Source: a bacterium | GTDB taxonomy: Bacteria; Desulfobacterota; DSWW01 | DNA: 64,000 nucleotides | Assembly: GCA_040756235.1 (NCBI GenBank) | Contig: JBFLZG010000002.1 | Span: 96,001 to 160,000, forward strand | Direction of reading: 5' to 3' | Shown: one piece after another, positions 1-11,477 of the stretch | How the letters are laid out: each line of letters begins with the position of its first letter | How positions within the stretch are numbered: position 1 is the stretch's first letter | Position numbers and translations under genes: made by a program | Notes under the pieces: generated by a model | The model's input: only the letters and a program-made list of their open reading frames with translations | What the model was told of the DNA's origin: nothing | Databases searched by the model: none

Positions 1-1146
1 CACCCCCTCCTGCCGGCCGCCCTGGCGCAGGGCGCTCTGCGGCTCATGTACGAGCTGGAGCGCTACCTGGCCGAAATCACGGGCATGGATGCGGTCACGC
101 TCCAGCCCGCGGCAGGCGCCCAGGGAGAGCTTACGGGGATGCTCCTCCTCCGGGCCTGGCACAGGAGCCGGGGCTCGCGCAGAACCAGGATTCTGGTGCC
201 GGACACGGCTCACGGCACCAACCCGGCCAGCGCCGCTCTGTGCGGGTTCCGTCCCGTGGCGATCGAGTCGAACGAGCAGGGAATCCTGTCAGCCGAAGCG
301 GTCGCGGACGTCATGGACGAGGAGACGGCCGGGCTGATGGTCACCAACCCCAACACGCTGGGGCTGTTCGAGGAGAACATCCGGCAGATCGCCGGGATCG
401 TCCATTCGAAAGGCGGGCTGGTGTACGGGGATGGGGCCAACCTGAATGCCGTGCTGGGGCTGGTGGACATGGCCGCAGCCGGCATCGACGTGCTCCACCT
501 GAACCTTCATAAGACCTTTTCCACGCCGCACGGCGGCGGCGGGCCGGGCGCCGGACCGGTATGCGTCCGCAAGCACCTCGCGCCCTTTCTCCCGGTGCCG
601 CGGGTCGTGGAGGAGAGGGGCCGGTTCGCGCTTTCCGAGGATTTTCCCGACTCGATCGGAAGGCTGCAGGCTTTCCAGGGGAACTTCGGGATCCTGGTCC
701 GAGCTTACGCTTACATCCGGAGCCTGGGGCCGGAGGGCTTGAGAAGGGTCAGCCAGCTTGCGGTCCTCAATGCATGCTATGTCAAGGAGAGGCTCAAGGG
801 CACCCTGCACCTTCCCTACGACCGGCCTTGCATGCACGAGTGCGTCTTTTCGGACCGGCTGCAGCGGGATCACAGGATCACGACGCTGGACATGGTCAAG
901 CGCCTGATGGACTACGGCTTTCATCCTCCGACGGTCTATTTCCCGCTGGTGGTCAGCGGCGCGATGATGATCGAGCCGACCGAAACCGAGTCCAAGGAGA
1001 CTTTGGACCTGTTCATCGAAGCCTTGAAGTCCATCGTGCAAGAAGCCGAGAACGACCCGGAGCTGCTGCGCACCGCGCCCCACGGCACCAAGGTGAGGAG
1101 GCTGGACGAGACAACGGCTGCCCGTCACCCGGTGCTGGCGGGTTGA
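1..1146 (+). CDS. gcvPB: glycine dehydrogenase (decarboxylating) subunit 2, 5'-truncated by window edge
   Basis: Frame open from base 1 (HPLLP...QGAL). Motifs QPAAGAQGE, HGTNPASA, HLNLHKTFSTPHGGGGPG (PLP Lys), PPTVYFP, IEPTETE. Confidence 0.95.
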   Translation, partial: HPLLPAALAQGALRLMYELERYLAEITGMDAVTLQPAAGAQGELTGMLLLRAWHRSRGSRRTRILVPDTAHGTNPASAALCGFRPVAIESNEQGILSAEAVADVMDEETAGLMVTNPNTLGLFEENIRQIAGIVHSKGGLVYGDGANLNAVLGLVDMAAAGIDVLHLNLHKTFSTPHGGGGPGAGPVCVRKHLAPFLPVPRVVEERGRFALSEDFPDSIGRLQAFQGNFGILVRAYAYIRSLGPEGLRRVSQLAVLNACYVKERLKGTLHLPYDRPCMHECVFSDRLQRDHRITTLDMVKRLMDYGFHPPTVYFPLVVSGAMMIEPTETESKETLDLFIEALKSIVQEAENDPELLRTAPHGTKVRRLDETTAARHPVLAG

Positions 1147-1174
1147 TGCGCGGGCAAAAAAGAGGTCGAAGCAA

Positions 1175-2083
1175 GTGAAACCTGAAGACGGACGGAAGGA
1201 GCTGCTGCGGAAGCCGCCGTGGCTCAAGCGCACGGTTCCGGCCGGAGCGACCTACCAGGAGGTCCGCAGGCTCATCGAGGCCGGCGGCCTGCACACGGTG
1301 TGCCGGGAGGCCCACTGCCCGAACCTGGGCGAATGTTTCTCCCGCGGCACGGCGACCTTCCTCATCCTCGGTGACCGCTGCACGCGGAACTGCCGCTTCT
1401 GCGCGATCGCGCACGGCCCCTCCGGCCCTCCGCAGGCGGACGAGCCGGAGCGGGTCGCAGGGGCGGTCGAAGAGATGCAGCTCGACTATGTCGTCGTCAC
1501 CTCGGTCACTCGGGACGATCTTGCGGACGGTGGGGCGGGCATCTTTGCACGCACCGCGAGAGAGATCCGGAAAAGGCGGCCGGGGACACTCGTGGAGCTG
1601 CTGGTTCCGGATTTCCAGGGGAGCGCCGGAGCCCTCGAGACCGTCCTGGAGAGCGGGCCCGACGTACTGAACCACAACGTCGAGACCGTGCCCCGTCTCT
1701 ACGCTTCGGTGCGCCCGGCGGCGGTCTACCGGCGATCCCTCGAGCTGCTGGGACGGGCCAAGGAACGGGACCGGACGATCGTGACCAAGTCGGGCCTGAT
1801 GCTCGGCCTGGGGGAGACGGCCGAGGAGGTGCTCGTGACTTTCCGGGACCTCGTGGACGCAGGTTGCGAGATCCTCACGATCGGCCAATACCTGCAGCCG
1901 TCCGGGGAGCACCTGCCGGTCCGACGCTTCATCGAACCGGAGGAGTTCGAGCGTTTGTGCGCTGCGGCCCTGCGGATGGGCTTTGCGGCCGCGGCGGGCG
2001 GCCCTTTCGTGCGCAGCTCCTACCGCGCCAGGGAGCTCTACGAATCCGCAAGAAGCCGCTTGAGCGCGGCGGCCCGGGAGTGA
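1175..2083 (+). CDS. lipA: lipoyl synthase
   Basis: CREAHCPNLGEC, radical-SAM motif CTRNCRFC, C-terminal VRSSY; follows gcvPB. Confidence 0.95.
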   Translation: MKPEDGRKELLRKPPWLKRTVPAGATYQEVRRLIEAGGLHTVCREAHCPNLGECFSRGTATFLILGDRCTRNCRFCAIAHGPSGPPQADEPERVAGAVEEMQLDYVVVTSVTRDDLADGGAGIFARTAREIRKRRPGTLVELLVPDFQGSAGALETVLESGPDVLNHNVETVPRLYASVRPAAVYRRSLELLGRAKERDRTIVTKSGLMLGLGETAEEVLVTFRDLVDAGCEILTIGQYLQPSGEHLPVRRFIEPEEFERLCAAALRMGFAAAAGGPFVRSSYRARELYESARSRLSAAARE

Positions 2084-2091
2084 CACAAACC

Positions 2092-2625
2092 ATGAGCATG
2101 AACACGAAGAAGAAATTCTGGATCCTGTTTTCGGTGGGAAGAGACCGGCCCGGCATCGTGGATGACATTTCGACGGTTCTCCATGAAGGAGGCGGCAACA
2201 TCGAGGACAGTCGGATGGCGGTCCTCGGTGGGTGCTTCTCGGTGATGACACTCTTCTCGTGCACGCCCGGACAGCTGGAGTCGATCCGGACCGGCCTTGA
2301 GAGACTGCACGACGTGGGGCTGCAGACGTCCCTCCATGAAGCCAGGGACCCGGCAGCGAACGCGAAGCAGCCGGGCCTTCCCCTCAGGTTCGAGATCACG
2401 GCCATGGACCATCCCGGCATCGTGCGAAAAGTCGTCCATCTGCTTCACAGCCAAGGTGTCAACATCGAGTCCCTGGACACGCAGGTCAGCAGGGCGCCGC
2501 TGTCCGGCGCACCCCTGTTCAGCCTGATCCTCGAGGCAACCGTCCCGGCGGAAAAGCCGATTGCCGGGGTGAAGGAGCAGCTCGAGGCGCTGGCCAGAGA
2601 CATGAACCTGGATCTCGTTTTCTGA
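2092..2625 (+). CDS. gcvR: GcvR-like tandem ACT-domain protein
   Basis: Two ACT repeats (GRDRPGIV...GGNIEDSRM; AMDHPGIV...VNIESL). Start uncertain (2080/2092/2098). Confidence 0.75.
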   Translation: MSMNTKKKFWILFSVGRDRPGIVDDISTVLHEGGGNIEDSRMAVLGGCFSVMTLFSCTPGQLESIRTGLERLHDVGLQTSLHEARDPAANAKQPGLPLRFEITAMDHPGIVRKVVHLLHSQGVNIESLDTQVSRAPLSGAPLFSLILEATVPAEKPIAGVKEQLEALARDMNLDLVF

Positions 2626-2628
2626 ACG

Positions 2629-3726
2629 TTGGCTGCCGGGCGGGGTCCGAGCGTGCACGGATCGAGCGCATGGCGGGTTGCCCTGATGACGCTGGCTTGC
2701 GGCCTCGTGCCGGCGCTCAGCGGTTGCTCCGCAGGGTATCTGTTTCACCTGGGGATCGGCCAGGCGCGGATCCTCTGGGACCGGGAGCCGGTCCGCAAAG
2801 TGCTCGAGAACGGCTGCCTCGCTGCGCCGCAGAAGGCCAAGCTCGAGCTCGTCCTCGAGGCCAAGGAGTTCGGGGAGGGCCGGCTCGGCCTGACCCCTTC
2901 CAAGAACTACACCTATTACGTTCAGGTCAGAGCGCCGGCCGTTGCCTACAACCTGACGGCGTGCCCGGCTCTGGATCTCGAGCCCCACCAGTGGTGCTTC
3001 CCCATCGCCGGGTGCCTTCCGTACAAGGGCTATTTCGACCGGGACAGGGGCCTGGCAGAGATGAAAAGGATGCAGGAGGAGGGCTATGACACCTACTTGA
3101 GATCGGTAGCGGGCTACAGCACCCTGGGGTGGTTCGTCGATCCGGTGTTCTCCACCATGCTGCGACACGACGAGACGGAGCTCGTCGAGATCGTTCTCCA
3201 CGAGATGGTTCACCGGACGGTCTTCCTGAAAGATCAGGGCGCCTTCAACGAGGGGCTCGCTACCTTCCTGGGGGAGCGGGGCACGCGGGCGTTCTTCCTG
3301 GAACGGGGCGGCGAGGGGCGGAAAGGCCTGCAGCGCATCGAGGCCGGGGGGCAGGACCAGGAGCGCTTCCAAAGCGCCCTGCACGCCTTGGCGGAGCGGC
3401 TGCGCGAGCTCTACGGTTCGTCCCTCTCGGAGCCGGAGAAGCGCAGAGAAAAGGAGAGGATCTTCGAGGAGGCCCGGAGCTCCTTCCGCGGGCAGCTCTC
3501 AGAATTCCACAGGCCCGGGTACGCCAGGGTCCTCGAACGCACATGGAACAACGCTTTCGTAGCCTCTTTCCTCACTTACCACCAGGATCTCGGAATTTTC
3601 GAGGCCCTCCTCGAACGCCTCGGGGGAGACTTGAATGCTTTCATCGAGCGCATGAAGGCTCTTCAGCAGGATGAAGAAAAGGACCCCCATGGTCGCATTC
3701 GCAAGTGGATCGAGGGCCATGCCTGA
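2629..3726 (+). CDS. putative zinc aminopeptidase lipoprotein
   Basis: Lipobox LSGC; WCFPIAGCLPYKGYF, AGYSTLGWF, HEMVH...FNEGLA zinc motif. Start may be downstream (2653/2686). Confidence 0.8.
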   Translation: MAAGRGPSVHGSSAWRVALMTLACGLVPALSGCSAGYLFHLGIGQARILWDREPVRKVLENGCLAAPQKAKLELVLEAKEFGEGRLGLTPSKNYTYYVQVRAPAVAYNLTACPALDLEPHQWCFPIAGCLPYKGYFDRDRGLAEMKRMQEEGYDTYLRSVAGYSTLGWFVDPVFSTMLRHDETELVEIVLHEMVHRTVFLKDQGAFNEGLATFLGERGTRAFFLERGGEGRKGLQRIEAGGQDQERFQSALHALAERLRELYGSSLSEPEKRREKERIFEEARSSFRGQLSEFHRPGYARVLERTWNNAFVASFLTYHQDLGIFEALLERLGGDLNAFIERMKALQQDEEKDPHGRIRKWIEGHA

Positions 3727-3740
3727 GGCCACGGTCCGAA

Positions 3741-3769
3741 TTGACTTCTCGTCCCTTTAAAAATATTGT
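3741..3769 (+). promoter_or_regulatory. sigma70-like promoter upstream of M28 peptidase and gap operon
   Basis: TTGACT-N17-TATTGT in an AT-rich intergenic patch. Confidence 0.55.
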
Positions 3770-3888
3770 CTAACTTTTACAGCATGGCTGCGGCGCGTCC
3801 GGTCCGGCAGAGACTGCCGCCGACTTTTCGGAAACGCACGAGCCGCAGATGTGAGTTCCCGAACGGAAAGAAGAAGGAGCCGAGGATC

Positions 3889-5037
3889 ATGGCCAGGGCC
3901 ATCGAGCACATTCGCTATTTGGTTGATATCGTCGGATACCGCCCCCCCACCTCCGAAGGCGAGCGCTGGGCGTCCAGGTACATCCAGGGGGTGTTCAAAA
4001 AGCTCGGCCTTGATCTTCAGGTGGAGCCGTTTTACTCCCACCGTACCTTTTCTTACCCTTATATGATTATTTTCGGCGTGAGCATTCTGGGCGGTCTGCT
4101 GTTCGGCAGCCATCCGGTGCTCGGTTTTCTCCTTTCCGCACTGGCGGCCGCCGCCTTCTACCTGGAGAACACCTGCCGGGGTCACGTGTCCCGCATGTTG
4201 CCTCGGGATCCCTCCCAGAACGTGGTCGCGAGGATCCCGGCAGCCGGGGAAGCCCGGCGCCGGGTGGTCGTGTGCGCCCACTACGACACCTCCCGGACCG
4301 GAGCGAGCTTCCACCCCAGGCTGGTCAAGGGCTTGCGCAGGGCCTTCCTCTTCACGATCCTCTCCGTCATGGGCATGCCCCTGTTCATCCTGCTAGGGGC
4401 GATGTTCTGGTCCGGGCTGTTCGGGCTGCTGCGGACGCTCGCGGTGCTCTGGCTGGCCGTGAACTTCCTGTTGCTCCTTCACCGCGAGGTGTACGGCAAG
4501 AACGTGCACGGCGCCAACGACAACGGCTCGGGCACCGGGGTGCTGCTGGCGCTGGCGGAGTCCCTGACTGCGGATCCGCTGGCGAACACGGAAGTGTGGC
4601 TGGCCGCGACCGGCTGCGAGGAGGCCGGCATGGTCGGCATGCTCGCTTTCCTCGAGCGGCACGAGGTGGAGCTGCGGGACGCCTTTATCGTCAACCTGGA
4701 CAACCTCGGCGCCGGGAGCCTCAAATACATCACCGGAGAAGGCATGCTCCAGGTCTGCCCTTCGGACCCGGAGCTGCTCATGCTCTCCGCCGAGGTCTGC
4801 CGGGAGAACCCGGATCTGCCGCTGGGCCCCCATGAGTACCGGACCATGCCGACCGATGCGTATGCGGCCCTGGTCAAAGGATTCCGCGCCCTTTCGGTCA
4901 TGGCGTTCGATGCGGACGGCGTGATCCCCAACTGGCACTGGGAAACGGACGTGATCGCCAACCTGGATGAGCGAAATCTTCTGCAGGCGGAGCGATTCGT
5001 CACGCTGCTCCTGAAGAAGATCGACGCGGAAAAATGA
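3889..5037 (+). CDS. M28-family metallopeptidase with membrane segments
   Basis: AHYD, GANDNGSG, GCEE, NLD, WHW..D motifs; hydrophobic helices; AGGAG RBS before ATG 3889. Confidence 0.85.
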   Translation: MARAIEHIRYLVDIVGYRPPTSEGERWASRYIQGVFKKLGLDLQVEPFYSHRTFSYPYMIIFGVSILGGLLFGSHPVLGFLLSALAAAAFYLENTCRGHVSRMLPRDPSQNVVARIPAAGEARRRVVVCAHYDTSRTGASFHPRLVKGLRRAFLFTILSVMGMPLFILLGAMFWSGLFGLLRTLAVLWLAVNFLLLLHREVYGKNVHGANDNGSGTGVLLALAESLTADPLANTEVWLAATGCEEAGMVGMLAFLERHEVELRDAFIVNLDNLGAGSLKYITGEGMLQVCPSDPELLMLSAEVCRENPDLPLGPHEYRTMPTDAYAALVKGFRALSVMAFDADGVIPNWHWETDVIANLDERNLLQAERFVTLLLKKIDAEK

Positions 5038-5137
5038 AACGGGACCGGAGAAGGCGCGCGGCAACGCAAACAGGCGCGCTTGTTTCGGCATCCAAGTGTG
5101 ATCGAGCCAAAACCAATCGACCCCACCAAAGGAGTGA

Positions 5138-6145
<1,008 letters not shown>

Positions 6146-6178
6146 ACCCGTCCACCGATAGCCTCCGCAGGAGGGACC

Positions 6179-7363
6179 ATGGCGATCCGAACGATCGACG
6201 AGCTGGATCTCCAGGGCAAACGTGTGTTCATCCGGGTCGACTTCAACGTGCCCCTGGATGCCAACCGCAACATCACCGACGACAACCGCATACGGGCGTC
6301 GCTGCCGACGGTCCGCTTCGCGCGGGAGAAAGGCGCCAGAGTGATTCTGGCCTCTCATCTGGGCAGGCCCAAGGGCAAGCGGGTACCGGAGATGGGGCTC
6401 GCGCCCGTGGCCGCACGCCTCTCCGAGTTGCTCGGCTCGGCCGTGAAGACCTCGAGCGACTGCGTCGGTCCCGAGGCGGAGAAGGCGGTCGCCTCTCTCC
6501 GGCCCGGTGAAGTGCTGCTTCTGGAGAATCTTCGTTTCCACAAGGAGGAGACGGACAACGAGCCGTCCTTTTCCAAATCGCTCGCAGCGCTTGCCGACGT
6601 TTACGTGGGCGACGCTTTCGGAGCGGCCCATCGGGCCCACGCTTCGACTGCGGGCATGGTGGCCCACGTGAAGGAGGCCGCCGCAGGCTTCCTCATGCGC
6701 AAGGAGATCCAGTATTTCGAGGAGGCGCTGAAGAAACCGGCGCGGCCTTTCGTCACCATCCTCGGCGGAGCCAAGGTCTCGGACAAGATCGGGGTGGTGC
6801 GAAACCTGCTGCCCAAGGTGGACGCTCTGCTGATCGGCGGCGGCATGGCGAACACCTATCTGTGGACCCAGGGATACTCGGTCGGCGCCTCGAAGGTCGA
6901 GCAGGACAAGAAGCAGGAAGCGGCGCAGGTGCTGAAAGAGTCGGCCGGAGCCGGCGGCAAGATCCTGCTGCCCGAGGACGTGGTGGCAGGCAAGGCGATC
7001 GAGCCGGGTGCCGAGACGAAAGTCGTTCCTGTCGCCCAGGTGCCGGAGGGGTGGTTTGCCCTGGACATCGGTCCCAAGACCAGGGAACGCTACAGGGCCG
7101 AGATCGCGAAGGCCAAGACGATCGTGTGGAACGGCCCCCTGGGCGTTTTCGAGATGGAGCCTTTTGCGCAGGGCACCAGGGCGATAGCCCGGGCGGTGGC
7201 CGACTCCGGCGCCACAACCATCGTGGGAGGCGGCGACACCGTGGCGGCCATCGAGAAGGAAGGTGTGGCGAGCCGGATCACGCACGTCTCAACGGGCGGA
7301 GGTGCATCGCTGGAGTACCTCGAGGGCAGGGTGCTGCCGGGCATCGCGGCCCTGGACCGATAA
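6179..7363 (+). CDS. pgk: phosphoglycerate kinase
   Basis: [35 protein letters not shown]. Confidence 0.98.
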   Translation: MAIRTIDELDLQGKRVFIRVDFNVPLDANRNITDDNRIRASLPTVRFAREKGARVILASHLGRPKGKRVPEMGLAPVAARLSELLGSAVKTSSDCVGPEAEKAVASLRPGEVLLLENLRFHKEETDNEPSFSKSLAALADVYVGDAFGAAHRAHASTAGMVAHVKEAAAGFLMRKEIQYFEEALKKPARPFVTILGGAKVSDKIGVVRNLLPKVDALLIGGGMANTYLWTQGYSVGASKVEQDKKQEAAQVLKESAGAGGKILLPEDVVAGKAIEPGAETKVVPVAQVPEGWFALDIGPKTRERYRAEIAKAKTIVWNGPLGVFEMEPFAQGTRAIARAVADSGATTIVGGGDTVAAIEKEGVASRITHVSTGGGASLEYLEGRVLPGIAALDR

Positions 7364-7403
7364 AGCCTTGCCTCTAGGTATTCTTGAGCAGGGGAGGGGT
7401 TTC

Positions 7404-8162
7404 ATGGAACGTAGACCGATCATGGCCGGGAATTGGAAGATGAACCTCCTGGTAGGAGAAGCGGAGTCGCTCGTCAAGGGCCTGCTTGCGGCTTTGAAGG
7501 ATACCGCGGACGTGGACGTCCTCGTGGCCCCGGCTTTCACGTCCCTCTATCCGGTTGCGCGCCTGCTCGCCGGCACCTCCATCGGGCTGGCCGCCCAGAA
7601 CCTCTACTGGGAAGAGTTCGGTGCCTTCACCGGAGAGGTGAACGCGAAGATGCTGCGGGACGTGGGGTGCAGCCACGTGATCATCGGACACTCGGAGCGA
7701 AGACAGTTCTTCGGCGAGACCAACGAGACCGCCAACCGCAGGCTGAAGACCGCGCTCTCCGGAGGTCTCGTCCCGATTCTTTGCATCGGCGAGACCCTGG
7801 AAGAGAGGAAGCAGGGGAAGACCCTGGCTCTGGTTCAGGAGCAACTCGAGAAGGGGCTCGCGGGCATCGGACCGGAAGAGGCCAGGAGGATCGTCCTGGC
7901 CTATGAGCCGGTCTGGGCTATCGGGACCGGCGAGACGGCGACCCCCGAGCAGGCCGAAGAGGTGCACGCTCACATCCGCAAGCTGGTGGGGGCCCGGTTC
8001 GGCGAGGCCGTGGCGGCGGGCACGCGCATTCAATACGGTGGGAGCGTGAAGCCGGACAACGTGCAATCCCTGATGGAGCAACCCGATATCGACGGCGCGC
8101 TGGTCGGCGGGGCGAGCCTGAAGGCGGAGAGCTTCGCGCGCATCGTCCGATACAAGGCCTGA
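7404..8162 (+). CDS. tpiA: triosephosphate isomerase
   Basis: AGNWKMN, GHSERR, AYEPVWAIGTG, YGGSV, LVGGASL. Confidence 0.98.
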   Translation: MERRPIMAGNWKMNLLVGEAESLVKGLLAALKDTADVDVLVAPAFTSLYPVARLLAGTSIGLAAQNLYWEEFGAFTGEVNAKMLRDVGCSHVIIGHSERRQFFGETNETANRRLKTALSGGLVPILCIGETLEERKQGKTLALVQEQLEKGLAGIGPEEARRIVLAYEPVWAIGTGETATPEQAEEVHAHIRKLVGARFGEAVAAGTRIQYGGSVKPDNVQSLMEQPDIDGALVGGASLKAESFARIVRYKA

Positions 8163-8218
8163 CCGGCACGCGCCGACGGAAGATCGTCCCACGGGATCGC
8201 GCACATGGGCTCCGGTCC

Positions 8219-8247
8219 TTGATCCGGGGCGATCGACATGGTAGATT
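8219..8247 (+). promoter_or_regulatory. sigma70-like promoter upstream of secG and tRNA
   Basis: TTGATC-N17-TAGATT, with TG upstream of the -10. Confidence 0.45.
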
Positions 8248-8338
8248 GCGGTAGAGCTTCGATTCTGGAGGCCGGTCCGAAACGCCCGGATCCGCGGCCA
8301 GGGACGGCCCCCAAGACCTGCATCAAAGGTGTCCGCGC

Positions 8339-8791
8339 ATGTACATCGCTTTCATCGTCGTTCACATCCTGGCCTGCCTGGCCCTGATCCTGATCGTGCT
8401 GCTCCAGAGGGGCAAGGGAGCGGATCTGGGGGCTGCTTTCGGCGGCTCCTCTCAGACCGTGTTCGGCAGCCAGGGGGCGGGCGGATTTCTCGCCAGACTG
8501 ACGACCGTCTCTGCCGTGGTCTTCATGATCACGTGCCTGAGCCTGGCCTACATGTCCTCCCATCGGGCCCAGGCGACGATCATGGAGAGGTCGCGGTCCG
8601 AGACAGCGGCTCCCGCCCAGACGGCCGCTCCTGCCGAAGAGGGGGCTGCGCAGGAAGCGCCCGACGCGACGGCGGCGGGCGCGCCTGCAGGAAGTGACGC
8701 CCCGTCGCAGGCCGCGCCGCCGGCCGCCGGGGGCGCAGCCGAAGCTCCGGCGCCGGCGGGTGCGGGAGGCAGCGGCGGAACCGGCGACTGA
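8339..8791 (+). CDS. secG: preprotein translocase subunit SecG with Ala/Pro-rich C-terminal tail
   Basis: Two TM helices, VLLQRGKGADLGAAFGG motif; tpiA-secG-tRNA-Leu order. Confidence 0.93.
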   Translation: MYIAFIVVHILACLALILIVLLQRGKGADLGAAFGGSSQTVFGSQGAGGFLARLTTVSAVVFMITCLSLAYMSSHRAQATIMERSRSETAAPAQTAAPAEEGAAQEAPDATAAGAPAGSDAPSQAAPPAAGGAAEAPAPAGAGGSGGTGD

Positions 8792-8805
8792 CGCAAGCAA
8801 CTTTT

Positions 8806-8891
8806 GCCGAAGTGGTGGAAATGGTAGACACGCCATCTTGAGGGGGTGGTGCCCACTGGGTGTAGGGGTTCGAATCCCCTCTTCGGCACCA
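8806..8891 (+). tRNA. tRNA-Leu (anticodon GAG)
   Basis: Acceptor GCCGAAG/CTTCGGC+ACCA, D loop GGAAATGGTAGAC, anticodon arm CCATC-TTGAGGG-GGTGG, long variable arm, GGTTCGAATCC T arm. Confidence 0.95.
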
Positions 8892-8896
8892 ACTCG

Positions 8897-8934
8897 AGAG
8901 CCTGTGACCGCGCCGGTTACAGGCTCTTCTGTTT
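8897..8934 (+). terminator. intrinsic terminator hairpin after tRNA, possibly bidirectional
   Basis: AGAGCCTGTGACCG-CGC-CGGTTACAGGCTCT followed by TCTGTTT; between convergent genes. Confidence 0.7.
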
Positions 8935-8952
8935 GGAGCGGCCCGCCCGGGC

Positions 8953-9354
8953 TCAGCGCGCTCGGCCGCCCCTCTTGGATCGCTCCTGCAGTCTTAGGAC
9001 GATCGGGAGGTCCGCTCCCGGGAAGTCGTATGCCCCCAGCTCCTGCGGAGGCACCCACCTGAGCTCCTCGTGCTCCCTGGGTCTCATCTCCCCCTGCAGC
9101 CAGGAAACCTCGTAGGCCAGCAGCTCGATCGCGAAGTCGCCGTAGTCGAAGCGGCTCGAGCAGATGAACCTCCCCGTCTCGGCTTCGATCTCCAGCTCTT
9201 CGCGCAGCTCTCTCTCGAGGCATGCCTCGGGCGTTTCGCCGGGCTCGACCTTGCCGCCCGGGAATTCCCATTTCCCCGCGAATCGGCCCTCCCTGCGCCG
9301 GGCAATGAGAACCCTGCCGTCCCTTTCTATGACAGCCGCCGTGACTCTCAGCAT
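8953..9354 (-). CDS. NUDIX hydrolase, MutT/NudG-like
   Basis: WEFPGGKVEPGETPEACLERELREELEI Nudix box. Confidence 0.9.
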   Translation of the reverse strand: MLRVTAAVIERDGRVLIARRREGRFAGKWEFPGGKVEPGETPEACLERELREELEIEAETGRFICSSRFDYGDFAIELLAYEVSWLQGEMRPREHEELRWVPPQELGAYDFPGADLPIVLRLQERSKRGGRAR

Positions 9355-9500
9355 GATCGCTCTCTTGGATGCCGTAGGCGCACCGCAGCGCCGGGATCAC
9401 GGCAGGTCGGGGAGACGGCAGCGCAGGCACGGGCACTGGCCGATCGTGATGCGCGTGCGGTAGCCGCCTTCGGCGAGCTCGGAGGGGCGGGACTGCCTCC

Positions 9501-10547
9501 TCAAAGCTGCCCGCGGTCACGGCCGATCCTGCGCACGGCCTCGCCGGCCCCGCCCGCAGGCACATCCAGGTGCGTGACGAACCGGATCATGGTATCCGAG
9601 AGCGGCAAGGCTCGAACACCGAGCGCGTACCAGAGGGTCAGGGCCTTCTCGGTCGTGGCCTGGCAGTCGGTGTGCACCATCACGATGTTCGTCTCCGGTT
9701 CCTGGACCCGGAAGCGGCCGTCGAGCACCCGGCTCAGCCCCCGGGCGAGCACGGCCGCCTGCTCGTGGTCGTCGCGAAGACGCGGCAGGTTGTGCTCGAT
9801 CGCGTACAGCCCGCAGGCAGCCAGCACGCCTGCCTGGCGCAGGCCTCCGCCCAGCATCTTGCGCAGCCAGCGGGCTTTCTCGATGACGGCCCGGTCCCCG
9901 ATGACCAGGGAGCCCACCGGGCAGCCGAGGCCTTTGGAGAGGCAGCACGAGAGCGTGTCGACAGCTCCGGCGTAATCGGAGAGCGGACTGCCGCTCGCAA
10001 CCGAGGCGTGCCAGATCCGGGCCCCGTCCATGTGCAGGCGCATGTCCTGCCCGCGCGTGAGCTGTCGGAAGGCGCGCACCTGCTCCAGGGGGACCACGCG
10101 GCCCCCGGCGAGGTTGATGGTGTTCTCCAGGACGAGCAGACGACTGACGGGCGCGTGCACGTCCTGGTGGCGGATCGCGCGCCGGACCTGCTCGATCGTC
10201 AGGACCCCGTCCGGGCTGTCCAGGACGTGGAACAGGATGCCCAGCAGGGCCGCACCGCCGCCCACCTCGTGCACGAAGGAGTGGGTGCGCCGCTCCATGA
10301 GAACCTCATCGCCGCGCTGGCAGTGGAGCGCGAGCCCGATGAGGTTGGCCATGGTGCCGGAGGGGACGAGAAGGGAAGCCTCCCGGCCGAACCGATCGGC
10401 CACGAGAGCCTCCAGCTTGTTTACGGTCGGATCCTCCCGGAAGACATCGTCTCCCACCTCGGCTTGCGCCATGGCCGCGCGCATACCCGTTGACGGTTTC
10501 GTGACCGTGTCTGACCGAAAGTCCAGGACGACGCTGTCGAGGGTCAT
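9501..10547 (-). CDS. ltaE: low-specificity L-threonine aldolase
   Basis: DFRSDTVT, VGDDV..EDPTV, SGTMAN, HMDGAR, CLSKGLGCPVG, GGGLRQAG. Confidence 0.92.
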   Translation of the reverse strand: MTLDSVVLDFRSDTVTKPSTGMRAAMAQAEVGDDVFREDPTVNKLEALVADRFGREASLLVPSGTMANLIGLALHCQRGDEVLMERRTHSFVHEVGGGAALLGILFHVLDSPDGVLTIEQVRRAIRHQDVHAPVSRLLVLENTINLAGGRVVPLEQVRAFRQLTRGQDMRLHMDGARIWHASVASGSPLSDYAGAVDTLSCCLSKGLGCPVGSLVIGDRAVIEKARWLRKMLGGGLRQAGVLAACGLYAIEHNLPRLRDDHEQAAVLARGLSRVLDGRFRVQEPETNIVMVHTDCQATTEKALTLWYALGVRALPLSDTMIRFVTHLDVPAGGAGEAVRRIGRDRGQL

Positions 10548-10583
10548 GATCTGTTCGCCTCGGGTCTTGGGACAGGCTATGAC

Positions 10584-11216
10584 TCAGATCCAGCCCAGGG
10601 GTATGAACACGGCCAGGCACAAGGCGTCCGCTGCGAGGATGCTCCCCGCCGTGACGAGCTTGGTGCGAAGCTTCGGGGCATCGTACACCCAGAACCCGAT
10701 CACGAACCAGTAGAAGTAGCCGAACAGGAAGATCAGCCAGGGAGCACCCCGGTTCCACCAGGGCCATTCCCAGGTGAGGGCACCGATCGAGTTGAGGATG
10801 TACTCGACGAACACGCAGAAGAGCGCGGCGGCAACGGCGACGAACAGGCGGTTCGGAATCCCCATGATCTTCGTCGTCCTGTCCCGGGGCAGTTGCTTGA
10901 CCCATACGATCCCGAAGACGGCGAACATGAAGGTGATCTCGATGTTCAGCCCGATCAGGATGACGTAAGCCGATTGCCCCGGAGTGCCCCAGGCCGGGGC
11001 GTAATTCGTGAAATGAAACAGGAGGCCGTTCCAGATCTCGTTGAACCAGTCCAGGCCCCAGAAGGTCAGGCCGGCCAGGACGGCGCTCCAGTTCCTCCTT
11101 TCGATCTCATTGGCATAGACGTAGACGACCATGAACAGGAGAGGGATGACGTACCACTGGAAATGACTCGGGTCGCGCACCAGGGACCATGCTCTTGCTG
11201 CAGTGTCTGCGGGCAT
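10584..11216 (-). CDS. uncharacterised multi-pass membrane protein (Trp-rich)
   Basis: About six hydrophobic segments; AAGGAGG RBS before ATG 11216; co-oriented with ltaE. Confidence 0.75.
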   Translation of the reverse strand: MPADTAARAWSLVRDPSHFQWYVIPLLFMVVYVYANEIERRNWSAVLAGLTFWGLDWFNEIWNGLLFHFTNYAPAWGTPGQSAYVILIGLNIEITFMFAVFGIVWVKQLPRDRTTKIMGIPNRLFVAVAAALFCVFVEYILNSIGALTWEWPWWNRGAPWLIFLFGYFYWFVIGFWVYDAPKLRTKLVTAGSILAADALCLAVFIPLGWI

Positions 11217-11477
11217 GACGCACCTCCTTGTGAGGCGTGAGGGGGACTTGGAAGAGGGAGTCGGGAACGGCAAGTGCGGCTCAGAAATATCCGGCGCACG
11301 GCCACGATGTCAACCAGCCGGATACGTGCGCGCTCGGAGACGGCTCGCCCGCGTTCGTTTTGCACCTTGACATTGGGAACGGCATTCTCTGAAACTGGCG
11401 GGCGCGAGGCAAACAACAGGGCCCCGTTTCCCGCTTCCGTGTACTGCCTCGAGAGAGAAGGAGTAGACCGTAACTCA

